From contig JADKAN010000004.1 of NCBI GenBank assembly GCA_016719225.1, positions 448,167-512,166 on the forward strand: a stretch of 64,000 nucleotides of DNA. The letters run 5' to 3'. Numbering within the stretch: the first letter of the stretch is position 1; each line of letters begins with the position of its first letter. Of this stretch, positions 9,487 through 18,748 are shown in pieces. The translations under genes and the position numbers were made by a program. This DNA is from Flavobacteriales bacterium. GTDB taxonomy: Bacteria > Bacteroidota > Bacteroidia > Flavobacteriales_F > PHOS-HE28. The notes below the pieces were generated by a model. That model was not told the origin of the DNA, did no database searches, and saw nothing but the letters and a program-made list of their open reading frames with translations.

Positions 9487-9561
9487 TCGTTCGGACCATA
9501 TAATATAGGGAGGAAGTGGCACGATGGCCACTCCCTCCCTATGGAGCTGTTTCAGCCGTGA

Positions 9562-10644
9562 TTATCGTACCACTTGCAAGGGCAATGTGCTGGCTGCATC
9601 CGTGCTGTTCAATTGCACACGGTAGCTCCCGGCGGCTAAGTTAGAAAGATCAAGTTGAAGCGTATTGACACCGGATCCCAGCTGTTGGATCCCGAAGTCC
9701 TTCACGATGCGCCCGGACAGGTCGCTGATCTGTACCGAAGTGCGGTCGGTCTGAACACCGCTCAATTCGAGTGTGGCGGAACCGGTGGCTGGATTCGGAT
9801 AGAGCACTACGCCATCCGCTACTGCGCCGTTGGAACGGATACCCGTGGACAGGTCCAAGGGTACCAAAGGTCCACCGCTGGCCAAGGATACCCACAGGCC
9901 AAAGGCAGGTCCATTGCTGTTCATGGAAGGATCCAAGAACCCGCTTGCGAACACAGTAATTGCCTGACCCTGAAGTCCCAATGTCGCCAAAGGAGCATTG
10001 AAGTCTGCCACCGGGGTTCCATCAGCCGTTTGTACTTGCAGCACATAGTTGGCCGTGGGTACTTCCAAATAGTCCGAGAAACTGCCGTAGGGTAGGTCAT
10101 TTACCAACGTTGCACCGCCAAGCACAGCGATCACCGCCACGTCAACAGTGGGAGCGTCCGTTGAACCGTGGAATACGAGGATGTCAGTGAGTGTCGGGTC
10201 CAAAGCGGACTCACGGGCACCGGCTGTCACATACAGGTCGAATGGTTCGGCTGGTGTGTAGCCGCTGGCGCTGACGATGCCGTTAGCAACGATAAGGTAG
10301 CTACCACCTTCTTCCAGCGTGAACGTGTAATGAGCAATGGCTCCGACGGTATCGGTGCTCGTGGGTGCGCAGATGCTCACTACGAAAGGAACTCCGGCCT
10401 GGGCATCAATGAAGGGGCTGGCCGTGCGGAACGCGAGGTTGTCCAACAGCAAGGTGTTGTACAACCATACATCCACCGAAGCGGCGGCGAGATCGGCACT
10501 GTTGTGCACCACTTGAACGCGTGCCGTTGGGATCGCAATAGAAGGCAATGGGACCAAAGCACCACCTGCTGGAAGAGCGACGTAAAGACCGAATGCAGGT
10601 CCGTTGCTGTTGACAGCTGGATCAAGGAAGCCGCTTGCCAACAC
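9562..10644 (-). CDS. DUF4397-repeat protein, C-terminal portion (two DUF4397-like repeats + T9SS type-A sorting domain); probably the 3' part of a frameshifted gene
   Basis: Repeats resembling DUF4397 (VVHNSADLAAASVDVWLYN...; ...VLVFHGSTDAPTVDVAV...). T9SS tail VVLYPNPATGSATLEL...SYRVQL. Begins at a GTG with no obvious RBS and overlaps the upstream ORF by 23 nt in a different frame. Confidence 0.55.
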   Translation of the reverse strand: MLASGFLDPAVNSNGPAFGLYVALPAGGALVPLPSIAIPTARVQVVHNSADLAAASVDVWLYNTLLLDNLAFRTASPFIDAQAGVPFVVSICAPTSTDTVGAIAHYTFTLEEGGSYLIVANGIVSASGYTPAEPFDLYVTAGARESALDPTLTDILVFHGSTDAPTVDVAVIAVLGGATLVNDLPYGSFSDYLEVPTANYVLQVQTADGTPVADFNAPLATLGLQGQAITVFASGFLDPSMNSNGPAFGLWVSLASGGPLVPLDLSTGIRSNGAVADGVVLYPNPATGSATLELSGVQTDRTSVQISDLSGRIVKDFGIQQLGSGVNTLQLDLSNLAAGSYRVQLNSTDAASTLPLQVVR

Positions 10645-11293
10645 CGTGATCGCAGCATCTAAGCCCCAAGGTTGCTAATGGTGCGGAGTAGGCGGCCACG
10701 ATAGTGCTGTTCGCCCCATCGCGCACTTGCAGCGAGTAGTCAGCCGTAGGCAATGCCAGGTACCCTGCATATTCGCCGTAGGAGATGTCATTGACAGCAG
10801 TAGCGTTCAGCACGCTGCTTTCATATACGTCCACGGTGGGAGCGTCCGTGCTGCCATGATAGACCAAAACATCGGTGTTGGCAGAACCGCCGGTGGCAGT
10901 TTGCTGTGCCATATCGTAAATGGCCAAGCTGAAGGGTTGTGCAGGCGTGTATCCGGTAGCACTTACAATACCGGATGCGACCACGATGTAGGACTCACCG
11001 GCTGCGAGGGTGATGGTCTGCGTAAAGACTGATTGATCAGCATTCGTGCTCGTTCCAGGTGCGATCCCCACGGTGAGTGGAACGTCGGAAGGAGCCTCAA
11101 CGAACGGGGTGGCCGTCCTGAAATCGAGGTTGTCCACGAAAAGCGCCCCGTTCACCCACACGTCAACCGTGGGTACTGCGAGATCTGCGCAATTGTGGAT
11201 GATCTGTAAGGTTGCGGTTCCTCCTCCTGCGGCCCAAGCCGCAGTGGTGATGGATAGCCCCAAGGTGGCCACCAGTGTTTTAGACAGGCTCAT
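10622..11293 (-). CDS. DUF4397-repeat protein, N-terminal portion with signal peptide; 5' part of the frameshifted gene
   Basis: Signal peptide MSLSKTLVATLGLSITTAAWA, then LQIIHNCADLAVPTVDVWVNG... Terminates ...APLATLGLRCCDHGVGKRLP*, whereas the downstream ORF frame continues ...DAAITVLASGFLDPAVNSNGPAF, matching the internal repeat LATLGLQGQAITVFASGFLDPSMNSNGPAF. Confidence 0.55.
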   Translation of the reverse strand: MSLSKTLVATLGLSITTAAWAAGGGTATLQIIHNCADLAVPTVDVWVNGALFVDNLDFRTATPFVEAPSDVPLTVGIAPGTSTNADQSVFTQTITLAAGESYIVVASGIVSATGYTPAQPFSLAIYDMAQQTATGGSANTDVLVYHGSTDAPTVDVYESSVLNATAVNDISYGEYAGYLALPTADYSLQVRDGANSTIVAAYSAPLATLGLRCCDHGVGKRLP

Positions 11294-11510
11294 TATGGTT
11301 AGGTTTTTGATGAGGGCAAAAATGTAGTCCTAAAAAATCAGTATGTTCAACTAAAAGTCTAAAATGATGAACATTGCATTAAAATGACGTAGGCTACCTC
11401 ATTGACTATGTTCACCATGTATGGGTATAAGGTTTAACACTATGTGAGATCGGATGACACATGCGCATCCTACCCGACGCATAGGTCAGGTCGGCAATGT
11501 CCGTTCTGAT

Positions 11511-13802
11511 TCAACGTTTCCGCAGGCGTATCACCACGCTCTTGCTAGCTGGGGTTCCGCTGCGCTCCGCCTTCAGCTCCAAGGGCACCAACACGTTCGC
11601 CTCGGGGAAGTAGGTGGCGGCGCAACCACGCGCAATATCATACGGAACCACGAAGAAATCCGTGGCTACGCGCTCGCGCCCGTGATCGCTTACCAAGTCC
11701 ACCCTGTCCTTCGCATCAAGACATTCCTTGGCCATGTCATCAGCATGCATCAACACCACACGGCGTTCTCCATGGATGCCGCGGTAGCGGTCCTCAAGGC
11801 CATAGATCGTCGTGTTGAATTGGTCGTGCGTGCGGATGGTCATCATCAGGTACTCACCTTCTGCGAGCGCCCATGCCGGTGCGTGATCCACCATGAAATG
11901 CGCTTTTCCGCTTTCCGTGGTGAAGTTGGCTCCGTCGCGAGGGCCGTTGGGCAGCACGAAGCCTTCCGGCTGGCGCACGCGGCGATTATAATCGTCGAAG
12001 CCAGGGATCACGGCCTGTACTTCTTCGCGGATCAGGTCATAGTTCTTCACCATACCCCTCCAATCCACGCCGAATTTGCTCCCGAACGTGGCTGCGGCCA
12101 ATTCACACACGATCGCCGGCTCACTGCGCAAATGCTCGCTTGCCGGTTCGTGTGCGCCTTGAGAGCGGTGAACCACGCTCATGCTGTCCTCCACGGTCAC
12201 GAATTGCGGTTTGCCGTTCTGCACGTCGCGTTCGCTGCGGCCGAAGCAGGGTAGGATGATCGCTTCCTCACCCGTGATCACGTGGCTGCGGTTCAGTTTA
12301 GTGCTTACTTGAACGGTAAGATCACAGTTCATGATGGCCAATGCGGTCACCTCGCTGTCGGGTGTGGCGCTGATGAAATTTCCACCCAGCGCGAAAAATA
12401 CCTTGCCTTTGCCGTCGCGCATGGCCTCGATGGCCCCGACCACGTCGGTACCATCTTCTCGCGGCGTCTTGAATCCATAGCGCTTGTCCAAGGCATCCAG
12501 AAGTGAGCTGCTCGGCCTTTCGAAGATCCCCATCGTGCGGTCGCCCTGTACGTTGCTATGACCGCGCACGGGACACGCGCCCGCACCCGGCTTTCCGAAA
12601 GCGCCGCGCAGCAAGAGCAAGTTGACCACTTGGTGGATATTCGCTACCGCATTGACGTGCTGGGTAAGCCCCATGGCCCAAGAGACGATGATGCGGTCGA
12701 TTCCCGCCACTAGTTGCGCCACCTGTTCAAGTTGACCGATCGGCACGCCGCAGATGTTGGCCATCGCCTGAGCGTCGGTATTCCGCAGGTCAGCGATGAA
12801 CGCTTCGTAGCCTTCTGTCTTGCCGGCGATGAAGTCCTTGTCGAACGCGGATCCGGGCGAAGCATCTTCCTTATCCAACAGCAACCGCATCACACCTTTC
12901 AGGAAAGCCACGTCGGTGTTGATCCGAAGGCCGACGTGCAGCGTATGGAAATCAGTGCCGTTCACCAGCACGCTCTTCACGTTCTGAGGATCAATGAAGC
13001 CATGGGTGCCTGCCTCGGGCAGTGGGTTAACGCTCACGATCTTGCCGCCATTCTCCACGCACTTCGTCAACGCGCTCAACATTCGCGGATGGTTCGTGCC
13101 GGGGTTCTGGCCCATCACAAGGATCAACTTGGCCGCGTAGATGTCATCCAGCGAAACGGTACCCTTACCGATGCCGATGGTCTCGCCGAGACCGGTGCCG
13201 CTGCTCTCATGGCACATGTTGCTACAATCCGGCAGGTTGTTGGTGCCGAACATCCGTGCGAAAAGCTGATAGACGTAGGCTGCTTCGTTGCTGGCCCGGC
13301 CACTGGTATAGAAAATGCCTTCGTCAGGGGACGACAACCCGTTCAGGCGTTGGGCAATGGTCGAATACGCCTCGTCCCAGCCTATCGGCTCATAGTGATC
13401 GCGGCCTTTACGCAGGATGAAAGGCTCTGTGATCCGCCCGCTCTTTCCCAGGTCGAGGTCGCTCCAAAGACCTAATTCCTGCACACTGTGCTTCGCGAAG
13501 AAGGCCCGGTCCACTCGTTTGGTGGTTGTCTCTTCAGCCACCGCCTTGGCCCCGTTCTCGCAATATTCGCCCAAGCGGCTGCGGTGGTGCGGGTCGGGCC
13601 AAGCGCAACTGGGGCAATCGAAACCATCTTTTTGGTTCAGCTTGTTCAGTATCTTGATACCGTCCAAAACCCCTGTTTCCTCACGGATGTGAGCCAGGGA
13701 TTGGATCACCGCCGGGATGCCCGCAGCGCGGTCCTTCCGGTCGCTTAAGCTCAAGCCGGTGTGTGTGTCCGGAGGAAGGAGGGCGATGTTACGTTGGTTC
13801 AT
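11511..13802 (-). CDS. ydeP: FdhF/YdeP-family molybdopterin oxidoreductase
   Basis: 763 aa. The N-terminal GFDCPSCAWPDP cysteine motif and overall length match the E. coli YdeP-like formate-dehydrogenase-H-related family. Confidence 0.75.
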   Translation of the reverse strand: MNQRNIALLPPDTHTGLSLSDRKDRAAGIPAVIQSLAHIREETGVLDGIKILNKLNQKDGFDCPSCAWPDPHHRSRLGEYCENGAKAVAEETTTKRVDRAFFAKHSVQELGLWSDLDLGKSGRITEPFILRKGRDHYEPIGWDEAYSTIAQRLNGLSSPDEGIFYTSGRASNEAAYVYQLFARMFGTNNLPDCSNMCHESSGTGLGETIGIGKGTVSLDDIYAAKLILVMGQNPGTNHPRMLSALTKCVENGGKIVSVNPLPEAGTHGFIDPQNVKSVLVNGTDFHTLHVGLRINTDVAFLKGVMRLLLDKEDASPGSAFDKDFIAGKTEGYEAFIADLRNTDAQAMANICGVPIGQLEQVAQLVAGIDRIIVSWAMGLTQHVNAVANIHQVVNLLLLRGAFGKPGAGACPVRGHSNVQGDRTMGIFERPSSSLLDALDKRYGFKTPREDGTDVVGAIEAMRDGKGKVFFALGGNFISATPDSEVTALAIMNCDLTVQVSTKLNRSHVITGEEAIILPCFGRSERDVQNGKPQFVTVEDSMSVVHRSQGAHEPASEHLRSEPAIVCELAAATFGSKFGVDWRGMVKNYDLIREEVQAVIPGFDDYNRRVRQPEGFVLPNGPRDGANFTTESGKAHFMVDHAPAWALAEGEYLMMTIRTHDQFNTTIYGLEDRYRGIHGERRVVLMHADDMAKECLDAKDRVDLVSDHGRERVATDFFVVPYDIARGCAATYFPEANVLVPLELKAERSGTPASKSVVIRLRKR

Positions 13803-13919
13803 TTGATCATGCGGATAGGATCGAGCGGGTGGATAAAATTAGCCCCCATTGGCGGATGCTGCTATCAGGCGTCCTCGAAGGACGGCTGCCTACCTTCGCC
13901 GCCCAGTTTGATACCAGCC

Positions 13920-15059
13920 ATGAAATTTTCGACCAAAGCCGTACACGCAGGAGTGGAGCCAGACCCTTCCACCGGCGCCATCATGACCCCGATATTCCAG
14001 ACCAGTACGTACGTGCAGAGCGCACCGGGACACCATAAAGGCTATGAGTATAGTCGCACGCACAACCCAACGCGCACGGCCTTGCAAAGAGCATTGGCCG
14101 CCTTGGAGAACGGTAAGCATGGCCTTTGCTTCGCCACGGGGATGGCCAGCATCGATGCTGTGGTTAAACTACTTAAACCGGGAGACGAGGTGGTGAGCAC
14201 CAATGACCTCTATGGTGGTACCTACCGTCTCTTCACGAAAATATTCGAGCCTTTCGGCGTGAAGTTCACTTTCGTGGATATGGGTGATCCCGCCAACGTG
14301 GCCGCAGCGATCACCCCTAAGACAAAGCTGGTCTGGGTGGAGACGCCCACCAACCCTACGCTCCGCATCGTCGACATCGCCGCCATGGCCAAGCTGACCC
14401 AGGGCAAGGACATGCTGCTGGCCGTGGACAACACCTTCGCATCGCCTTATCTCCAAAACCCATTGGATCTCGGTGCGGACATTGTCATGCATTCAGTGAC
14501 CAAGTTCCTCGGTGGCCACAGTGACGTGGTGATGGGTGCCTTGATCGTGAATGATGATGACCTTGCCGACCGTCTCGCCTTTATCCAGAACAGCTGCGGT
14601 GGCACGCCCGGTCCACAGGACTGCTTCCTGGTGCTTCGTGGTTTGAAGACGCTGCACTTGCGCATGGAACGGCATTGCTCGAACGGCCGGGCCATTGCTG
14701 AATGGCTTGCGAAGCATCCCAAGGTTGGTCGCGTTTACTGGCCCGGTTTTCCCAGCCATGGCAATCATGATGTTGCCAAGCGCCAAATGCGGGACTTCGG
14801 GGGTATGATGAGCTTCACCATCAAAGGGGATAAGTTGGAGGATGCCACTAAGTTCCTCAGTTCCTGCAAGCTCTTTACCCTTGCGGAATCGTTGGGAGGG
14901 GTGGAATCGCTGATGGGTCATCCCGCGAGCATGACCCACGCCAGCATACCGCGGGAAGTCCGGCTCCGTTCCGGCGTCACCGATTCCTTGATCCGCCTCA
15001 GTGTGGGCGTGGAGGATGCTGGCGACCTGATCGATGACCTGGAACAGGCGTTGGCCTGA
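13920..15059 (+). CDS. PLP-dependent trans-sulfuration enzyme (cystathionine gamma-synthase / gamma- or beta-lyase family)
   Basis: MKFSTKAVHAG...FQTSTY N-terminus, PLP-lysine in SVTKFLGGHSD, and the family-typical C-terminus SVGVEDAGDLIDDLEQALA. The ORF track start at 13761 is an upstream over-extension; the ATG is at 13920. Confidence 0.8.
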   Translation: MKFSTKAVHAGVEPDPSTGAIMTPIFQTSTYVQSAPGHHKGYEYSRTHNPTRTALQRALAALENGKHGLCFATGMASIDAVVKLLKPGDEVVSTNDLYGGTYRLFTKIFEPFGVKFTFVDMGDPANVAAAITPKTKLVWVETPTNPTLRIVDIAAMAKLTQGKDMLLAVDNTFASPYLQNPLDLGADIVMHSVTKFLGGHSDVVMGALIVNDDDLADRLAFIQNSCGGTPGPQDCFLVLRGLKTLHLRMERHCSNGRAIAEWLAKHPKVGRVYWPGFPSHGNHDVAKRQMRDFGGMMSFTIKGDKLEDATKFLSSCKLFTLAESLGGVESLMGHPASMTHASIPREVRLRSGVTDSLIRLSVGVEDAGDLIDDLEQALA

Positions 15060-15133
15060 GCCGCCATTGGCAATCCAATGTTCTGACGCTAAGGTGACGG
15101 GGGCGCGACATGGCGTCCTCTAACTTTGTGTTC

Positions 15134-17236
15134 ATGACATCCTGCTCCAAAGTTTCCCACGGCTCAGCTTTTTACATGCTGGCCATTGTTGCCGCACTGC
15201 TTTTCTCCCCGCGTTCCATTGCACAGGATTTTATGTGTGGGAACAACGAACTCTCCCGTATGGGCCATGTGGTCGAAGGGCATCCGGAACGCATAGCGGA
15301 AATGGCGCAGGCCAAGGACGAGCTTGAGGCGTTCACAGCGCACTTCCAGATCGCCCCCGCACGCGATGGTGATCAATATGTGATCCCGGTTGTCTTCCAC
15401 ATCATCCATAATAACGGTCCTGAGAACATCAGTGACGATCAGGTGCGTGATGGTGTGCTGATGATGAACCAGGATTTCAACCAGAACAACCCGGATTGGG
15501 CCGATGTGCAGCCTGAATTCCTCGGCATCGTGGCCAACACCGGCATCACCTTCAAGCTTGCCCAGCTTGACCCCGACGGGAATTGCACGAACGGTATCAC
15601 GCGCACGCAGAGCACCCTTACCTATCAAGGCGATCAGGATATGAAGGATCTGATCAACTGGCCCCGCAACCGTTACTTGAACATCTGGGTGGCTTCCAGT
15701 TTGGGAGGAGCCGCGGGGTATTCGATGTATCCTTCAAGCGTGAGCGGTCCTTGGGGTGATGGCACGGACGGTATCGCGGTGTTGGCGACTTACGTGGGTT
15801 CCATCGGGACCAGCAGCTTGAGCCATTCCCACACGCTGAGCCATGAGGCTGGCCACTGGATGAACCTGAAACATTGCTGGGGTGATTCCAATGATCCCGG
15901 ACTGGCATCCAATTGCAACATCGACGACAATGTGAACGATACTCCCGACACGAAGGGTTGGACCAGCTGCAACCTCCTTGGGGCAAGCTGTGGTTCCGAA
16001 AAGGATAATGTCGAGAACTTCATGGAGTACTCGTATTGCTCAAAGATGTTCACTGAAGGGCAGAAGACGCGCATGGTCGCGGCGCTGAACAGTGGCACTG
16101 CCAGCCGTAATAATTTGTGGACCTCGTCCAACCTGGCGCTAACGGGCGTTAACGCCGATCCGGTGATCTGTACCGTCCAATTCAACAGCAGCACCCGCAC
16201 GGTCTGCCAAGGCCAATCCGTGCAGTTCACGGATATGAGCTACAACGGTGTGACGCAGTGGAATTGGACTTTCGCCGGCGGCTCGCCCGCAACGTCGACG
16301 GATGCGGATCCATTCGTTACCTATGATACCCCGGGTCTCTATGATGTTTCCTTGACCGTAGGGAACGGTGCCCAAACACAGAGCGCGGTGCAGACCCAAT
16401 ACGTCAAGGTCCTTCCATCCACCGGCATGTTATTACCTTTTGTGGAGGGGTTCGAGGCATTGACCAGTTTGCCCTCCGACAATTGGCAGGTGAACGACCT
16501 GAATTTGGACGGTACATATGCTGTAAGCACGGATGCCGCTTTTTCAGGTTCACATAGTGTGCGCTTGCACAATACAAGTTCCAACGGCGGTCGTGTGGAT
16601 GAGTTCTTGAGCAACACCATCGATGCCTCCTTGGACCCGCCGCTCACTATGAGCTTCCGTTATGCGTTCGCCAAACGGTTGAACAGTAACAACGATGCTT
16701 TACGCATTTATCTCAGCATGGATTGCGGCGAAAGTTGGAGTCTGCGTCGCACGTTACTTACCGATGCCTTGGTCACAGCACCCAATACGTCCGGTTCGTT
16801 CGTGCCCAACGGTCCGGATCAGTGGGCTTTGAACGATGGGATCACCATCAACGCTCCCTTTGTCGTGAGTAACCTGCGTATCAAGTTCAAATTCGACAGC
16901 GGCGGAGGGAATGACCTTTGGCTGGACGACATTAATATCAACGGTGCTTCCGTCGGTATTTCGGAACAGGTCAATGCTAACGACGGCATACTTTCAGTTT
17001 GGCCGAACCCTGCTCAAGACCAACTGACCATCCGCGCGAATTTGGATGTCTCCAGCCCGGTTACCGTTGATCTGGTCGATCTGTTGGGAAGGTCCGTACG
17101 CAGCATCGCCAGTGAGAACCGCCCAGCGGGGAATAACCAATGGACAGTTGAACTGGGCGATATCCCTGCTGGGATGTACTTGGTCCGCCTGCAATACAGC
17201 GATGCCGTGCGCGTGGTGAAGTTGACCAAGGAATAG
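15134..17236 (+). CDS. M43 (cytophagalysin/pappalysin-like) zinc metalloprotease with PKD-like domain and T9SS C-terminal sorting domain
   Basis: Signal peptide. HEAGHWMNLKH zinc motif (HExxHxxxxxH) followed by a Cys-rich region. PKD-like segment (VQFTDMSYNGVTQWNWTFAGG). T9SS tail ...LSVWPNPAQDQLTIRANL...MYLVRLQYSDAVRVVKLTKE. Start could be 15110, 15134 or 15176. Confidence 0.75.
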   Translation: MTSCSKVSHGSAFYMLAIVAALLFSPRSIAQDFMCGNNELSRMGHVVEGHPERIAEMAQAKDELEAFTAHFQIAPARDGDQYVIPVVFHIIHNNGPENISDDQVRDGVLMMNQDFNQNNPDWADVQPEFLGIVANTGITFKLAQLDPDGNCTNGITRTQSTLTYQGDQDMKDLINWPRNRYLNIWVASSLGGAAGYSMYPSSVSGPWGDGTDGIAVLATYVGSIGTSSLSHSHTLSHEAGHWMNLKHCWGDSNDPGLASNCNIDDNVNDTPDTKGWTSCNLLGASCGSEKDNVENFMEYSYCSKMFTEGQKTRMVAALNSGTASRNNLWTSSNLALTGVNADPVICTVQFNSSTRTVCQGQSVQFTDMSYNGVTQWNWTFAGGSPATSTDADPFVTYDTPGLYDVSLTVGNGAQTQSAVQTQYVKVLPSTGMLLPFVEGFEALTSLPSDNWQVNDLNLDGTYAVSTDAAFSGSHSVRLHNTSSNGGRVDEFLSNTIDASLDPPLTMSFRYAFAKRLNSNNDALRIYLSMDCGESWSLRRTLLTDALVTAPNTSGSFVPNGPDQWALNDGITINAPFVVSNLRIKFKFDSGGGNDLWLDDININGASVGISEQVNANDGILSVWPNPAQDQLTIRANLDVSSPVTVDLVDLLGRSVRSIASENRPAGNNQWTVELGDIPAGMYLVRLQYSDAVRVVKLTKE

Positions 17237-17259
17237 TACGGTGTAGGCTTGTTCTGAAC

Positions 17260-17300
17260 GGCGAAGGCCCCGGATCATTCCGGGGCCTTCGCCGTTTCTA
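17260..17300. terminator. bidirectional intrinsic terminator between the convergent M43 protease and 17359..17796 genes
   Basis: Perfect 14-bp GC-rich stem (GGCGAAGGCCCCGG / CCGGGGCCTTCGCC) with loop ATCATT, followed by GTTTCT. Confidence 0.7.
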
Positions 17301-17358
17301 CCAACTCCTTGTGACTGTTCGGATGGTCCGTGAACAGCCCTCACTGAGCACCATTGCC

Positions 17359-17796
17359 TTATTCCTTGTAGCCCACCAAGATCGCTACGCAGCCAACGGT
17401 CAGCATATTATTTCCGCCGCGGTCCGCCTGAGGCACATCAATATGTACGGTGAGCTTCTGGGTGGTGGCTACCTTGAACTCAAAGTTCTCCTTGGGTGCA
17501 TCAGCCTTGCTTTCGAAAAGGGTGGTACCAGCAGCATCGGCGAGCTTCCAGTTCACCGCTCCCAAAATGGGATGGGCGCATACCAAGAGGCGATATTCCT
17601 GCCCACTGTAGAAAGTGAGTTCAACCTCCGCCTCCTCGCCAGGTGCGAGTTGTGCGGCATTGAAGGTCTGGTTGAACTTGTACGGTGCCATCTCCGGCAT
17701 GCACTTGTTCTTGGCAAAGCTGCGGCATTGTGCATTGCCGGCCAACGGGGCTGCCGCCAGGCAAACGATCGCAAGGAACTTCAGGGTCTGCTTCAT
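17359..17796 (-). CDS. small secreted hypothetical protein (145 aa, signal peptide, 4 Cys)
   Basis: MKQTLKFLAIVCLAAAPLAGNAQ signal peptide. No recognised domain. Lies 8 nt downstream of the lipoprotein gene on the same strand. Confidence 0.45.
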   Translation of the reverse strand: MKQTLKFLAIVCLAAAPLAGNAQCRSFAKNKCMPEMAPYKFNQTFNAAQLAPGEEAEVELTFYSGQEYRLLVCAHPILGAVNWKLADAAGTTLFESKADAPKENFEFKVATTQKLTVHIDVPQADRGGNNMLTVGCVAILVGYKE

Positions 17797-17804
17797 GGCG
17801 GCTC

Positions 17805-18689
17805 TTAGTTGATATAAGCGTTGCGGATGGCCGATACCGCGTCATGTATGGCTTTCATCTGTGCATCGGTGAGCCCGGCCTGTGGGGCACCTCCACCGAT
17901 CACTGTTACACCGTTCTCCTTTGTCACGGTCGCTCCGCCGGTCGGGGTAACGACGTCCTTGAACAGCTCGGTAAGCTTTTCGAGGTCGGTCTGCACAGCG
18001 TTCACCGCAGGGTCGTCCGGGCTGTAAGTCTTCACCAGCTCCAACAGGTCGGTCAACGGCAGCTTTTGCTCAGCGATGCGCTGGCGCAGTTCCGGCGTAT
18101 CGTGCTGGGCCGCCACTTGCGAGGCGATGTACAGTCCTTCCACCCAGCCACCGGCGATCATCAATGCGCTGATGTTGTCACGCTGGTTCTCCTTGAGGTA
18201 GCCGTCCACCTGCCAGTAAGTTTCGCTGATGATGCTGAGCAACGAATCCCGGTTGTTGCGGTTCTGCTCCAAGCGCGAGACCACCTGCTCGTTGAAGGCA
18301 TTGTCGACCCCAAGCTTTTTTGAAAGTTGCTGCGCACAGCTGGTATAGAGCATGCTTTCCTGCGTGTTGTTGTACACACTGGCGTAGCTGAGGTCGGCTC
18401 CGTAGATGCCAAGATTCAACGCTTGCTTGCTCGCGGACGTGTAATCGTTCACGTGCTTGACGTCGTTGAGTATGTCCTTTTCGTATTCCGCACCTGCCTT
18501 TTTCAACAGACCAGCGGTCTCCATGGGAGCCGGGATGTTGTGAAAAATGTTCTTCGTGCGGGCCGCGCGTAACGCGGCGGTACTGTCCGCAGCGGGAACC
18601 GTGAGGGTATCCTGTTGAGGCTGATCACCACCGCAGGAGGCCAGCAGGAGCGCTGCCAAGGCAGTACTTAAAAGTGGAATGGATCGCAT
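17805..18689 (-). CDS. hypothetical lipoprotein
   Basis: Lipobox LLLASCGG after MRSIPLLSTALAA. Largely helical sequence with no recognised family. The ORF track start at 18737 is probably an over-extension. Confidence 0.45.
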   Translation of the reverse strand: MRSIPLLSTALAALLLASCGGDQPQQDTLTVPAADSTAALRAARTKNIFHNIPAPMETAGLLKKAGAEYEKDILNDVKHVNDYTSASKQALNLGIYGADLSYASVYNNTQESMLYTSCAQQLSKKLGVDNAFNEQVVSRLEQNRNNRDSLLSIISETYWQVDGYLKENQRDNISALMIAGGWVEGLYIASQVAAQHDTPELRQRIAEQKLPLTDLLELVKTYSPDDPAVNAVQTDLEKLTELFKDVVTPTGGATVTKENGVTVIGGGAPQAGLTDAQMKAIHDAVSAIRNAYIN

Positions 18690-18748
18690 GGTGTGGCGCA
18701 CGTCGGTTTTAAAGGGCGCGGTAAAGGTGTCATCCACGCACCGGGCGA

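Larger units (their letters stand above)
9562..11293 (-). pseudogene. single ~575-aa DUF4397 x3 + T9SS-CTD gene interrupted by a -1/+2 frameshift near 10655-10667 (authentic pseudogene or homopolymer sequencing error)
   Basis: Protein-level continuity across the two ORFs is restored by a one-base shift adjacent to a CCCC run at 10664-10667. Confidence 0.45.
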
